Below, piece after piece: positions 49,358-61,360 of a stretch of 64,000 nucleotides of DNA (the first letter of the stretch is position 1; the number at the start of each line of letters is the position of its first letter). Position numbers and translations under genes: made by a program. The notes under the pieces were generated by a model. That model was not told the origin of the DNA. It made no database searches and worked only from the letters and a program-made list of their open reading frames with translations. This DNA is from Hemiscyllium ocellatum (taxonomy: Eukaryota), in NCBI RefSeq assembly GCF_020745735.1, contig NC_083436.1, positions 3,867,299 to 3,931,298 of the forward strand, read 5' to 3'.

Positions 49358-50516
49358 AGTTAAAAATCACACAACACTAGGTTATAGTCCAACAGGTTTA
49401 TTTGGAAGCACTAGCTTTCAGAGCGCTGCCTCTTCTTCAGGTGGTTGTGGAGCAAGACGAGAAGAGACAGAATTTATAGCAAAAGGGTTACAGTGTGACA
49501 GAGTTGTAATGATAAATTAAACAAACTTAGATTAAGTCTTGCATCTTTTAGGGTGGGATATGCTGGTTTAGGGTCTTTAATATATAAACTTGAAAACTCC
49601 TTGAAAGTTATATTGGCAAGTGGCTTCAGTTTATCTAACAATAGGCATTATTTTAGTTCAGACAATGTATTAAAGATGTGAACTTAAAGTCTGTCCAAAT
49701 GTTGAGTCAGTTTTATTTCTAAAGCGGGACTTTCAGAATCCTACATCGATATATGCAGTTTTTGAGCAAAATAAAATGTGATTCTGCAACTACAGATCCA
49801 TGCCATGTGTGCGTGTGCAGGAGAGACAGAGTGGGCTTGTGTATGTGAGTGTGTGCATGTACGTGAGAGTAAAAGAAAGTGTGTGTGTAAGCTTGGTCAA
49901 GTATATGTGTGAGTGTGACAGGATATAAGCCTGTGAGAGGGTGTGTGCATGGGTGCATGTGTGTACACATGAGAGAGTTGTGTATGAGTGAGGGTTTGCA
50001 TGAGTGTGTGTGAATATGTAGGAGCATGTGTGAGTGTGTGCGCGCTTGCACACATATGCTTGCATTTGTGAGAGAGAGTGTATAGTGCAGTGGTAGTGTG
50101 ACATGAACCCAAGCTCCCAGTTGAAGCTAACCCCATGGGTATCAAACTTGGCTCTCAGCCTCTGCTCGGCCACTTTGCATTGTTGCTTGACCCAAAGTCC
50201 ACCTTGGAGGTCAGTCAACTAAAGGTCTGAGGCCGAATGTCCCAAACCGCTGAAGTGTTCCCCGAGTGAGAGAGAACACTCCTGTCTGGTGATAATTGCA
50301 TGGTGTCCATTCATCCATTGTTATAGCATCTGCTCAGTATCGCCAATGTACCATGCCTCAGAACACCCCTGCCTGCTATAAATTTTGGGTCTTCTGGTCC
50401 TGCTCCACAACCACCTTCAAAAACTAGTGCTTCCAAATAAACCTGTTGGACTAGAGCCTGATGTTGTGTGATTTTTAACTTTGTCCACACAGTCCAACAC
50501 TGACACTTCCGAATCA
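49358..50516 (-). mobile_element. Penelope family A parent fragment: GIY-YIG C-terminus, CA-rich 3' UTR, terminal repeat and inverted terminal repeat (50372-50516)
   Basis: The minus strand reads EAWYIGDTEQML*QWMNGH...GEHFSG.GHS...LQGGL...AEQRLRAKFDTH...LGFMSHY. The termini are the same as those of the family A palindromes. TSD CATAAA(A/G)TATAGAG at 49346-49359 and 50515-50528. Confidence 0.85.
49409..49443 (-). ncRNA. Minimal hammerhead ribozyme motif (family A), core intact, sense to PDGFC pre-mRNA
   Basis: CAC-CUGAAGA-AGAG-GCAGCG-CUCU-GAAA-GC-UA-GUG. Confidence 0.65.
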
Positions 50517-52019
50517 TAAAGTATAGAGGTATTAAGCTATACAGTGTTTTTGAGTAGCAAGACTCTGCTAATGCTGAGTTTATGAGAAAGTGGTCTTTTG
50601 GGGATATATTCTGGATCTATAGCTTGTTAAAAGTGCAGAGATGGCTTTTAGCACTGATGTACTCCTCCTGTCGGATGTAGGCCATTAGGGAGAATTTCAA
50701 AGTTCATGGAGATTAAGTGTGCAGGAAATGTGCCAGGATGCAAACACATGGATTGGTTGGAGTAACAGTTAGAGCCCATGAAGGATTTATGGAAGGCAGA
50801 GGCTGTGATGGTTGGCAGTTTCAGGAAGGTAGAAAACTCCAGATACAGTTAGCTGGATAAGTTAGCGCTAAGCAGGCTAGGAGAGGTAGGCAGGTAGTGC
50901 AGGGGCTTCCTGTGGCTAACCCCAACTCAAAGAAGTATGCTATTTTTAAAAATGTCGGGTCGATGGGGGATATTGGGAAATTCAGGGGGATTTGGAATTG
51001 ACAGCTAAGGGGCCAGGTCTGGCTATACTATAATGGGGTTCTGTAAGATTGCAAGCAAACGATTGTGGTTGGGGACTCTCTAGTCGGGGCACAAACAGAC
51101 ATTTCTGTGACCAGCAACAAAACAATAGAATGGTGTGTTGCCTCCCTGATGCTGCGGTCAAGGATGTCGCGGAGAGGGTGCAGAATATTCTCAAAGGAGA
51201 CACTGACCAGCAGGAGGTCATTGTACAACACTGCACCACAACATAGGAAGAGAAAGAGATGAGGTTCTGCAGAGATAATGTAGGAAATTAGACAAGAATT
51301 TAAACTGTAGGCCATTGAGGGTAGTATAATATCTAGATTATTGCTGCTGTCAGGATAGAAGAATAGGGCAGATGAGTGTGTGGCTGGTGCAGGGAGCAGT
51401 GATTGGCATTTTTGGATCTTTGGGGTCCCTTCAGGGGCAGAAGTGACCTATTGCACCTGAATTGGAAGGGGACCAATACCCTGGTGGAGAGATTTGGTAG
51501 TGCTACCAGGCTTTAATCTTGAAAGGAGGAAATGGGGGCTGGATGGTGGTGGCGGGTAGGGGTGGAGTTTGTGCCCAGAGTGGTAATGAGAAAAGAGATA
51601 AGTTTGAGGCTCGAACAGTAAAGAAAGGGAGCAAATTAAAAGCTTAAAGTAGACAACAGCAAGACAGAGAATGAAGTAAGACTGATACATTTAAACTCCA
51701 TTTGTTTCAATGCAAGAGGCCTGACAGATAAGGCAGGTGAACTCAGGGTATGGTTGGGAGCATGGACTGGGATATCACAGCTATTACAGAAACATGGCTC
51801 AGGGAGCAGGACTAGCAGCTTAATGCTGCAGGGATTGATGCTATTGGAAGGATAGAAAAGGGGGAAAGAGAGAAAGGGAAGTAGTGTTTTCGGGTAAAAA
51901 TAATATACAGCTGTATTTAGGGAACACATCCGAGGAGTACACCAGTGAAGCTGTGTGAGTGGAACTGAGAAATAAGAAAGGGATGATTACCTTATTGGGA
52001 TTGTACAATAGGTCCCCAA

Positions 52020-52350
52020 TCATAGAATCCTTACTGTGTAGAATCAGGCCATTTGCTCCATCGAGTTCACAATGACCCTCTGAACTGCATCCCACCCAAA
52101 CCAACCCCCTACCCTAACCCTGTAACCTTCCATTTCTCATTGCTAATCCACCTCGCCTGCACATCCCGGACACTATGGATAATTTAACATGGCTAATCTA
52201 CCCAACCTGAATAGCTTTGGACTGTGGGTGGACACCAGAACACCCAGAGAAATCCCACAGGGAGAGTATTCAGACTCTAGGCTGGAATCGAGCCCGGGTC
52301 CCTGGCGCCGTGAGGAAGCAGAGCTAATCATTGAGCCACAATGCCACATC
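52020..52350 (-). mobile_element. Old HE1-related SINE
   Basis: CATAGAATCC..ACTGTG tail, GCCTGCACATCCC.GACACTATGG, and GGAATCGAGCCCGGGTCCCTGGCG (B-box reverse complement). Confidence 0.75.
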
Positions 52351-52386
52351 TGTGCTTTAACAGTGCTGAATGACTAGAGAAGTTGA

Positions 52387-52598
52387 TGATTTGGAGATTC
52401 TGGTGTTGGACTAGGGTATACAAACACATTTTTCAGCTCTGATCTCCAGCATCTGCAGTCCTCACTTTCTCAAAGTTAAAAATCACACAACACCAGGTTA
52501 TAGTCCAGGTCACAATCACCTGATGAAGGAGCGTCGCTCCGAAAGCTTCCAATTAAACCTGTTGGACTATAACCTGGAGTTGTGTGATTTATAACTTC
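52387..52598. mobile_element. Penelope family A palindrome carrying a family B tail fragment (52424-52471)
   Basis: TSD GAGAA(G/T)TTGA at 52377-52386 and 52599-52608. The HHR at 52517-52547 has an intact core but a 6-nt deletion removing the 3' strand of stem I. Confidence 0.85.
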
Positions 52599-54484
52599 GA
52601 GAATTTGAGGCTCTGGTAAAGAAAACAAAGGCATATGACATGCATAGACAGTTGGGCTCAAGTGAATTCCTCAAGGAGTATGATGAACAAAAGGAGTAGA
52701 CCTAAAGGAAAAAAATCAGGAGGCCAAAAAGGGAACACAAGATAGCTTCAGCAAACAGGTTCAAGGAGAATCCAAAGAAATTCTACAAATACATGAAGTG
52801 CAAAAGAGTAACTAGTGAGAAAATGGGATCCCTTAAAGAATAACAAGGGCATCTACACACAGAACCACAGAGACACTGAGATACTAAATTAATGTTTTGC
52901 ATCAGTATGTACTGTGGAGACGGACATGGAAGCTAGAGAACTTGGGAAAATTAACAGTGATATCTTGAAAAATGTTCATATAACAGAAGAGGAGGTGCTG
53001 GATGTATTTAAACATATACAAGTGGATAAATCCCTGAAAACTGATCAGGTGTATCCCAGAATTTTGTGAGAAGCTAGGGAAGAGATTGCTGGGGCCCTCT
53101 GGCATCAAAGTAGCCATGGGTGAGGTACCAGAAGACTGGAGGCCGGCTAATGTGATGCCATGATTTAAGAAAGATGGCAAGGAAAAGCCAGGGGATTCTG
53201 AAGGGTTTACACGTATTTGGAGAAGCAAGGACTGATTAGGGACAGTCAATATTGCTTTGTGCATGGGAAATCATAATTCACTAACTTGATTGAGTTTTTT
53301 TGAAGAAGCAACAAAAAAGATTAATGAAGGTACAGCAGTAGACATTGTCTGCATGGACTTCATAAATATGTTCCACAATGTTCACTTGGTAAACGGGTTC
53401 GCAATGTTAGACAATATGAAATGTGGAGGAGCCAGCCAATTGGATACAAAATTGCTTGAAGGTAGGAGACAAAGGGTAATGGCAGAAGGTTGTTTTTTCG
53501 GACTGGAGGCATGTGACTAGTAGTGTGCCTCAAGTATCTGTGCTGGATCCACTGCCTTTCATCATTTATGAAAAAGAGTTGGATGAGAGTATTGGAGGTA
53601 ATGTTTGTAAGTTTGCAGATGACACTAAAATTGGTGGTGTAGTGGACAGCGAAGAAGGTTACCTCAGAGTACAATGGGACCTTGATCAGATGGACCAATG
53701 AGCTAAAGAGTAGCAGATGGAGTTTAACAAAGATAAGTGTAAGGTGTTGCATTTTCAAAAGGCAAATTAGGGCATGACATGCACGGTTCATGGTAGGGCC
53801 CTAGAGAGTGTTACCAAATAAAGAGATCTAGAGGACCAGGTGCATAGTCCCTTCAAAGTGATGTCACAGATAGTTAGGATAGTGAAGAAGGAATTTGGAA
53901 TCCTTGTCTTCATTAGTCAATGCACTGAGAACAGGAATTGGGATGTCGTGTGGTGGCTGCGCAGGACATTGGTTAGGACATTTTTAGAATACTGCACTAA
54001 ATTCTGGTTTTCCTGCTATGGGAAAGACGTTGTGAAACTTGAAAGGGTTCAGAAAAGATTTACAAGGATGCAGCCAGAGTTGGAAGGTTTGAGGCATAGG
54101 GAGAGGTTGAACACACTGAGGCTTTTGAGCATTGGAGTTTGAGGGCTGACCTCACAGAGGCTTTTAAAGTCATGAGGGAAATGAATAGGGTGAATAGACA
54201 AGATCTTTTTCTCAGGGTAGGGGGAGTCCCAAACTAGAGGACACAAATTTAAGGTGAGAAGGGAAGATTTAAAAAGAACCAGAAGGGCAATCTTTTCATG
54301 TACAAGTTGGTACACACAGACCAGGCTGTCAGGAGAAGTGGTGGAAGCAGGTATAATAACAATATTTCAATGGTATCTGGATGGATACATGAATAGGAAA
54401 GGTTTAGAGGGATTTGGGCCAAATGCTGGCAAATGGGCCTAGGTTAGTTGAGGAAATCTAATCAATATGGAAGTTGGACTAAAG

Positions 54485-54700
54485 TCGAAGAGTGTGGCCC
54501 TGGAAAAGCACAGCTGGTCAGGCAGCATCCAAGGGGCAGAACAGTCAACATTTTGAGCATAAACTCTTCATCAAGAACGAAGCTTATGCTCAAAACATCA
54601 ACTCTCCTGGTCTTTGGATGCTGGCTGACCAGCTGTGCTTTTCCAGAACCACACACTTCGAGTCTGATTTCCAACATCTGCAATCCTCACTTCCTTCACA
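54485..54700. mobile_element. Penelope family B asymmetric palindrome inserted in a CR1 3' UTR
   Basis: Inverted arms centred near 54577 with the tail on the right. Perfect TSD TTGGACTAAAG at 54474-54484 and 54701-54711. Confidence 0.88.
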
Positions 54701-54811
54701 TTGGACTAAAGGGTTTGGCACCATGCTGTATAACTCAATGATGCTACAACTCTAAGACATCCTAACAGGACATGTGGAAAATTTCAAGACAATTAGGCAG
54801 AGTCATCAAGT

Positions 54812-57800
54812 CATAGCCATGCACAGTACGGAAACAGACCCTTCAGTACAATTCGTCCACGTCGACCAGATAACCTAACTTCGTCTAGTCCCATTTGCCA
54901 GCATTAGGCCCATATCCCTAAACCCTTCCTTTTCATATACCCATCCAGATGCCTTTTAAATGCTGTGTTGTACTTGGCTCTACCACTTCCTCTGGCAACT
55001 CATTCCATATACACACCACCTTTTGTGTGAAAAGGTTGCCCCTTGGGTCCCTTTCCCCTCTCACCCACCCCCCAACCCCCATCACCAAATCATCATCTCC
55101 CAGACCATACAGAACCTCATCACCTCAGGAGATCTCCCACCTACAGCTTCCAACCTCATAGTCCAGGAACCCGGTTCTACCTCCTTCCCAAGATCCACAA
55201 GCCTGACCACCCTGGCCGACCTATTGTCTCAGCATGCTCCTGCCCCACTGAACTCATTTCTACCTACCTCAACACTGTCCTATCTCCCCTAGTCTAGGAA
55301 CTCCCCACATACATTCGAGACACCACCCCCACCCTCCACCTCCTCCAAGACTTCCATTTCCCCAACCCCCAACGCCTCATCTTCGCCATGGATATCCAGT
55401 CCCTCTACACCTTCATCCGCCATGACCAGGGCCTCCAAGCCCTCCGTTTCTTCCTCTCCCGACATCCCCAACAGTACCCTTCCACCAACACTCTCATTCG
55501 TTTGGCCGAACTGATCCTCACCCTGAACAATTTCTCCTTCGAATCCTCCCACTTCTTCCAAACCAAAGAAGTAGCTATGGGCACACGTATGGGCCCCAGC
55601 TAAGCCTGTCTCTTTGTTGGCTACATAGAACAGTCCATCTTCCGTAATTACACCGTTACCACTCCCCACCTCTTCCTCTGCTGCATTGATGACTGTATTG
55701 GTGCCACCTTGTGCTCCCATGAGGAGGTTGAGCAATTCATCAACTTCACCAACACGTTCCACACGTACCTTAAATTTACCTGGACCATCTCTGACACCTC
55801 CCTCCCCTTCCTGGACCTCTCCATCTACATTAATGACGACCGACTTGACACTGACATTTTTTACAAACCCACCCGACTTCCACAGCTACCTGGATTACAC
55901 CACTTCCCACCCTACCTCCTGTAAAAATGCCATCTCATATTCCCAATTCCTCCGCCTCTGCCTTATCTGCTCCCAGGAGGACCAGTTCCACCACAGAACA
56001 CACCAGATGGCCTCCTTCTTTAGAAACCGCAATTTCTCTTCTCACGTGGTTAAAAATGCCCTCCAATGCATCTCGTCCACATCTCGCACCTCCACCCTCA
56101 AACCCCACCCCTCCAACCGTAACAAGGACATAACCCCTCTGGTGCTCACCTTCCACACTACCAACCTTCGCATAAACCAAATCATCCGCCGACATTTCCG
56201 CCACCTCCAAGCGGACCCCACCACCAGGGATATATTTCCCTCCCCACCCCTTTCTGCCTTCTGTAAAGACCATTCCCTCCGTGACTACCTGGTCAGGTCC
56301 ACGCCCCCCTGCAACCCGTCCTGACACCTTCCCCTGCCACCACAGGAATTGCAAAACTGTGCCCACACCTCCTCCCTCACCTCTATCCAAGGCCGTAAAG
56401 GAGCCTTCCACATCCATCAAAGTTTTACCTGCACATCCACCAATATCATTTGTTGTATCCGTTGCTCCCAATGCGGTCTCCTCTACATTGGGGAGACTGG
56501 ACGCCTCCTAGCAGAGCGCTTTAGGGAACATCTCTGGGACACCTGCACCAATCAACCACACCGCCCTGTGGCCCAACATTTCAACTCCCCCTCCCACTCT
56601 GCCGAGGACATGGAAGTCCTGGGCCTCCTTCACCGCCGCTCCCTCACCACCCGACGTCTGGAGGAAGAATGCCTCATCTTCTGCCTCGGAACACTTCAAC
56701 CCCAGGGCATCAATCTGGACTTCAACAGTTTCCTCATTTCCCCTTCACCCACCTCACCCCAGTTCCAAACTTTCAGCTCAGCACTGTCCCCATGACCTGT
56801 CCTACCTGCCTATCTTCTTTTCCACCTATCCACTCCACCCTCCTCCCTGACCTATCACCTTCATCCCCTCCCCCACTTACCTATTGTATTCTATGCTACT
56901 TTCTCCCCACCCCCACCATCCTCTCATTTATCTCTCCACCCTTCAGGCACTCTGCCTCTATTCCTGATGAAGGGCTTTTGCCCAAAACGTCAATTTTGCT
57001 GCTCCTCAGATGCTGCCTGAACTGCTACGCTTTTCCAGCACCTCTAATCCAGAGTCTGGTTTCCAGCATCTGCAATAATTGTTTTTACCCTCTCACTATA
57101 AACCTATGCCCTCTAGTTTTGGACTCCCACACCCCCACCCCAGGGAAAAGACTTTGCCTATGTATTCTAACCATGCCCCTCATGATTTTATAAATTTCTA
57201 TAAGGTCACCCCTCAGCCTCCGACGCTCCAGGGAAAACAGCCCCAGCCTATAGCTCAAACTCTCCTCCCCTGGCAACATCCTTGTAAATCTTTTCTGAAC
57301 CCTTTCAAGTTTCACAACATTCTTCCGATAGGAGGGAGACCAGAATTGCACGCAATATTCCAAGATTGGCCGAATCAATGTCCTGTGCATCCACATTATG
57401 ATCTCCCAACTCCTGTACTCAATGCTCTGACCAATAAAGAAAAGCATACTAAACCCTTTCTTCACTAACTATCTACCTGTGGCCCTACATTCAAAGAACT
57501 ATGAACCTGTACTCCAAGGTCTCTATGTTCAACAATACTTCTCAGGATGTTACCATTAAGTGTATGCGTCCTGTTCCGATTTGCTTTTCCAAAATGCAGT
57601 ACCTTATCTAAATTAAACTCCATCTGCCACTCCTCAGCCTATTGGCCCATCTGATCAAGATCCCTTTGCAATCTGAGGTAACCTTCTTCTTCGCTGTCCA
57701 CTACACCTCCATTTTTGTTGTCATCTGCAAACTTACTGAATATACCTCTTATGTTCACATCAAAATCATTTACATAAATGACAAAAAACAGTGGACCCAA

Positions 57801-57960
57801 CACTGATCCTGATGGCACACCACTGGTCACAGGCCTCAGACTGAAAAACAATCCTCCATCACCAGGTCTTCCATATTCAAGCCAGTTCTATAACCAAATG
57901 GCTAGTTCTCCCTGTATTCTATGAGATCTAACCTTGCTAATCAGTCTCTAATGAGGAACC
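54812..57960 (-). mobile_element. CR1 3' fragment (54812-55064 and 57088-57960) split by a Penelope element
   Basis: VPSGSVLGPLFF, KFADD, LEYCVQFWSP, LERRRLRGDLIE. Confidence 0.9.
55065..57087 (+). mobile_element. Penelope-like retroelement family B, 2.0 kb: RT, GIY-YIG and terminal repeat, inactivated
   Basis: [67 protein letters not shown] at 56961-56994 with G12 changed to A. TSD CCCTCTCAC at 55056-55064 and 57088-57096. Confidence 0.95.
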
Positions 57961-57961
57961 A

Positions 57962-59850
57962 GTTAACACGGTTTTGTGAAAGTTATGTTCAACAACTTGT
58001 GTTCTTTAAAGTACCATGTGCAGTAAATAAAGCAAAACTGGCGCATTTCATATATTTAGATTTTCAGAAAACATTTGATAAGGTTATAAAGATTATTGTG
58101 GAAAATTAAAGCTCATGGTATAAAGATTAATTTTATGACATGGATAAAAGACTAATAGGAAACAGAGTTGCCATAAAAGGGTCATTATCTGGTTTCCAAG
58201 ATGTAATAAGTGGTCTGTCACATTGATCAGGACTTTGAACCTCAACGTTTACAATTTATGTTGTTGCCAAATTGGTATATGTAAAATTGTGAAAAATAGT
58301 AAAATGGGGAAATGCATTGCATAGCCCTTTTAAAAGATGCTGAAAAGCAGCTTAAAGCGAAGGGCACAGAGAACACCCACATTGAAATATTTTGTACCGA
58401 ACAGTCAAGCAGAATCTTTACCAAGACAAGTCTTTTCAGATTTAGTCAATCAATTTAAACCAAACACTGAGCTACCGAAAACCTAGTAAATTCAAATCTG
58501 ATCGTTTTGACTATGATTGTAAAACTATTGATATGTCATAAAGGATATAATAGATAAGGGCATTTGGAAAATCAGCAAGAACCAACTGCCATCTGCCAAG
58601 AGATAACAACTTCCAGCTCTCAGACAAAACACCATCTAATTAATAAAGGTACCATGCCATTCCTAGCTAATATTCTAGACAGCAGAAATCACAGAAAAAA
58701 AACATTCCTGACAGATGAACTGAAATGGGAGAGGTATTCCTGATACAAGAATATGAAGGAGGAGGCATTCCTGAAAGAAGATCAGTGGAGAAGGCGCAGA
58801 GCATTCCAGAAGGCATATCCTAGCCGTAATTTTGAGAGACCAAATTCTATTGTTTTGTTATAGAAGACCGACGTGTATTTTGTTGGAACAGCATGCCATT
58901 AGGATTTTCTTTTATTTGGGAATAGTTAGCAGTTAGAGGAGAATTGTTCAGTTTGTTAGTGGTTCTATAAATCTGTTCACTGTTCAGTTAGATAAATAAA
59001 TTGTTACTCGTTGATTATAGACTGAGTGAAATGATTTCGTTTCATTTAATCACTCCTTTATAACAGACGGGGGGGGGGGGGAACGGTGTTGGAGGTGAGA
59101 ATTAGGTTATTCTACTTTTCACACTTCTTATAACAGATTATAAGGCAAGGCAAGCCTCTCTGGGTGTTTCAGTTTTACTTAAAAGAGGGAGATTGATCTC
59201 TGCTTCATAATAACAAAATTACTTGGCTAAAGGGACAGAAGATAAGCTGGTCAAATTTGCTGAAGATGCGAATGTAGGTAGGAAGGTAAATTGTGAAGAG
59301 GACAAGACAATACCACCAACATATACAGATACACAAGTGGGAAAAATGGATTATAATGTGAAATTGCACATCTCAGCAGGAAGATTGAAAAAGAGGCATG
59401 GCAGAGCTCTGAGCTGCAGAGGAATAGCAGTGTATCAGTTAATGAATCAAAGCAATTACCAAAGTGAATAGAATGTTATCCTTCATTGTATGTGGAAACA
59501 ACAGGAACATTTATGCTTCAGTCATTACAGGAATTGGAGAGACCATATCTGTCATATTGTGTACCAGTACTTAAGGAGGGATGTAAATGTATTGGAAGTA
59601 TTTCAGATAAGCTTCATTAGATTAATACCATGAACATGTGGGTTGTCGTTTGAGGATAGGTTAGATGGGCTAGGTTCATATTCATTGGAGTTTAGAAAAC
59701 TAAAAGGTGACTTGATTAAAACATGTAAGATCCTCTTGGGGCTTGACAGGATTGATGTGGAAAGGCTTTTCTGCTTGTAATAGAATCTAAAAATCTAAGG
59801 GTCACTGTTTAAAAATAAGGGATCATCTATTTATTCATTTAAGACAGAGG
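57962..59850 (+). mobile_element. Old CR1 RT fragment (57962-58260 and 59216-59850) split by an LTR-like insert
   Basis: IYLDFQKTFDKV on the left. LVKFAEDA and LKGDLIKTCKIL on the right. Confidence 0.7.
58261..59215 (+). mobile_element. Candidate solo LTR
   Basis: An insert of about 955 bp in a CR1, with TGTTG...TAACA termini, a TATAA near 58547 and AATAAA near 58995. No clear TSD. Confidence 0.4.
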
Positions 59851-59857
59851 AAGCAGG

Positions 59858-61360
59858 AACATAGAAACACAGAAATAGGCCATTCAGCTCTTCGAACATG
59901 CTCCAACATTCATTATGATCATGGCTGAACATTGAACTCAGCAGCCTATTCCTGTTCCATATCCTTTGAGCCCATGAGCTCCAAAGGTTATATTCAACAC
60001 TTTCTTGAAACCACACTGTTTTGGCTTTGACTGCTTCCTGTTGCAGTAAATTCTATGCATACCACTTTGAATGAAGAAATTTCTCCTCATCACAGTCCTA
60101 AATAACTTACCCATATTCCTTGGTGAAGACCACTAGTTCTGGTATCCCCTCCATTGGGAACATATTTCCATGTAGATCCTGTCTAGTCCTGTCAGGAATC
60201 TACAGATTTCTATGAGATTTTCCCCTCATTCTTCTGACATAATCCTAACCAATTCAACCTCACCTTATGTATCAGTCCTGCCACTTAAGGAAATCAGTTT
60301 GGTAAATCTTTGCTGCACTCCTTCCATCACAACAACATCCTTCTTCAGATAAGACGACCAAAACTATACACAGTATTCTAGCTGTGTCAAACTAAGACTC
60401 CGTATAATTCCCACTCCGATACTCAAATCCTCTTACTATGAATGTTAGCATATAATTTGCTTTCTTTACCACTTGCTGCACCTGCATACTTACCTTCAGT
60501 GGGAGGACACCCAGGTCTTGTTGCATATTCCCCTCTCTCAATTCACATAATCATCTGGCTTCTTGTTTTTGCTACCAACATGGATAACTGCACATTCATC
60601 CTATTTATCCAGTATCTATCATGCATTTGCCCACTCAGCTTGTTCAAATCACACTGAAGCATCTCTGCATCCTCCTCACTGCTCACCCTTCCACAGGTTG
60701 GTGTCATCTGCAAATTTGGAGATATTGTATTTAATTATCTAAATCCTTAATAATATATTGTGGGTAGCTGGGGTCCTGGTTCTGATCCCTGCTGTGCCTG
60801 CCATTTTGAAAAAAAGACAAATTTATTCAAACTGGGCCTCTATCAATAAACACATTGACTTGGATCCCATTTACCACCCCCTAAGAAAAAGAACAGGAAA
60901 TGGCATCGGAACAGAAAATGTTGTCACAACATAAAATGACATCATCAACCCAAGTAAACCTAAACTCAAATAGAAAGTGGGCTATGCCACCAATGCTTCA
61001 TCCGGAGGCTCCCTGATGTTACCTATTATGGTGATGAAACTTCTGAAAATGAACCTTCGAGTTCAGTGAGCAAACAACATGCAGAACCTCGACCTGAGCT
61101 ACAAATCTTCTCAAAACTCACTAAGACCAATTTATTTCTACTCTTTGTCTGCCAACCATATTCAATTAATCTCAATACATTACTCCCAATATCATACCTT
61201 TTAGTTTTACACATTGTTTACATTTGTGTGACTTTGTCAAAACCTTCTTAAAGTCCAGACAAATGACATCCATTGGCTCCCCTTCTTCAAATCTACTAGT
61301 TATATCCGTAAAGAATTCCTTTGTCAAGTATAATTTCCCTTTGTATAATTCTGTCACTAT
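59858..61360 (-). mobile_element. Old CR1 RT and 3' fragment
   Basis: MDVICLDFKK, ISKFADDT (reverse complement at 60700-60722), and 3' UTR AACATAGAAAC...TAGGCCATTCAGC. Confidence 0.75.
60828..61122 (+). mobile_element. Penelope family C 3' fragment with decayed HHR
   Basis: ORF end SINKHIDLDPIYHPLRKR and CTGATG-TTACC-TATTAT-GGTGAT-GAAAC-TTC at 61013-61043. TSD AAGAC(A/C)AATTTATT at 60814-60827 and 61123-61136. Confidence 0.7.

Larger units (their letters stand above)
50640..54740 (+). mobile_element. Old near full-length CR1 with internal deletions and three nested inserts
   Basis: ORF1 remnants CSSCRM, VVGDSLVG and MVCCLPDAAVKDVAERVQNIL. APE AITETWL. RT VPQVSVLDPL and KFADDTKIGG. CR1 3' UTR. 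Confidence 0.85.

Noticed and set aside
49719-50218. His/Thr-rich ORFs
   Set aside because: Mostly translation of the degenerate (CA)n 3' UTR. Only the first ~40 aa of 49790..50218 is a real endonuclease remnant.
33441-52598. Recurrent palindromic repeats as a CRISPR-like array
   Set aside because: They are dispersed, have no repeat-spacer periodicity, and the context is vertebrate.
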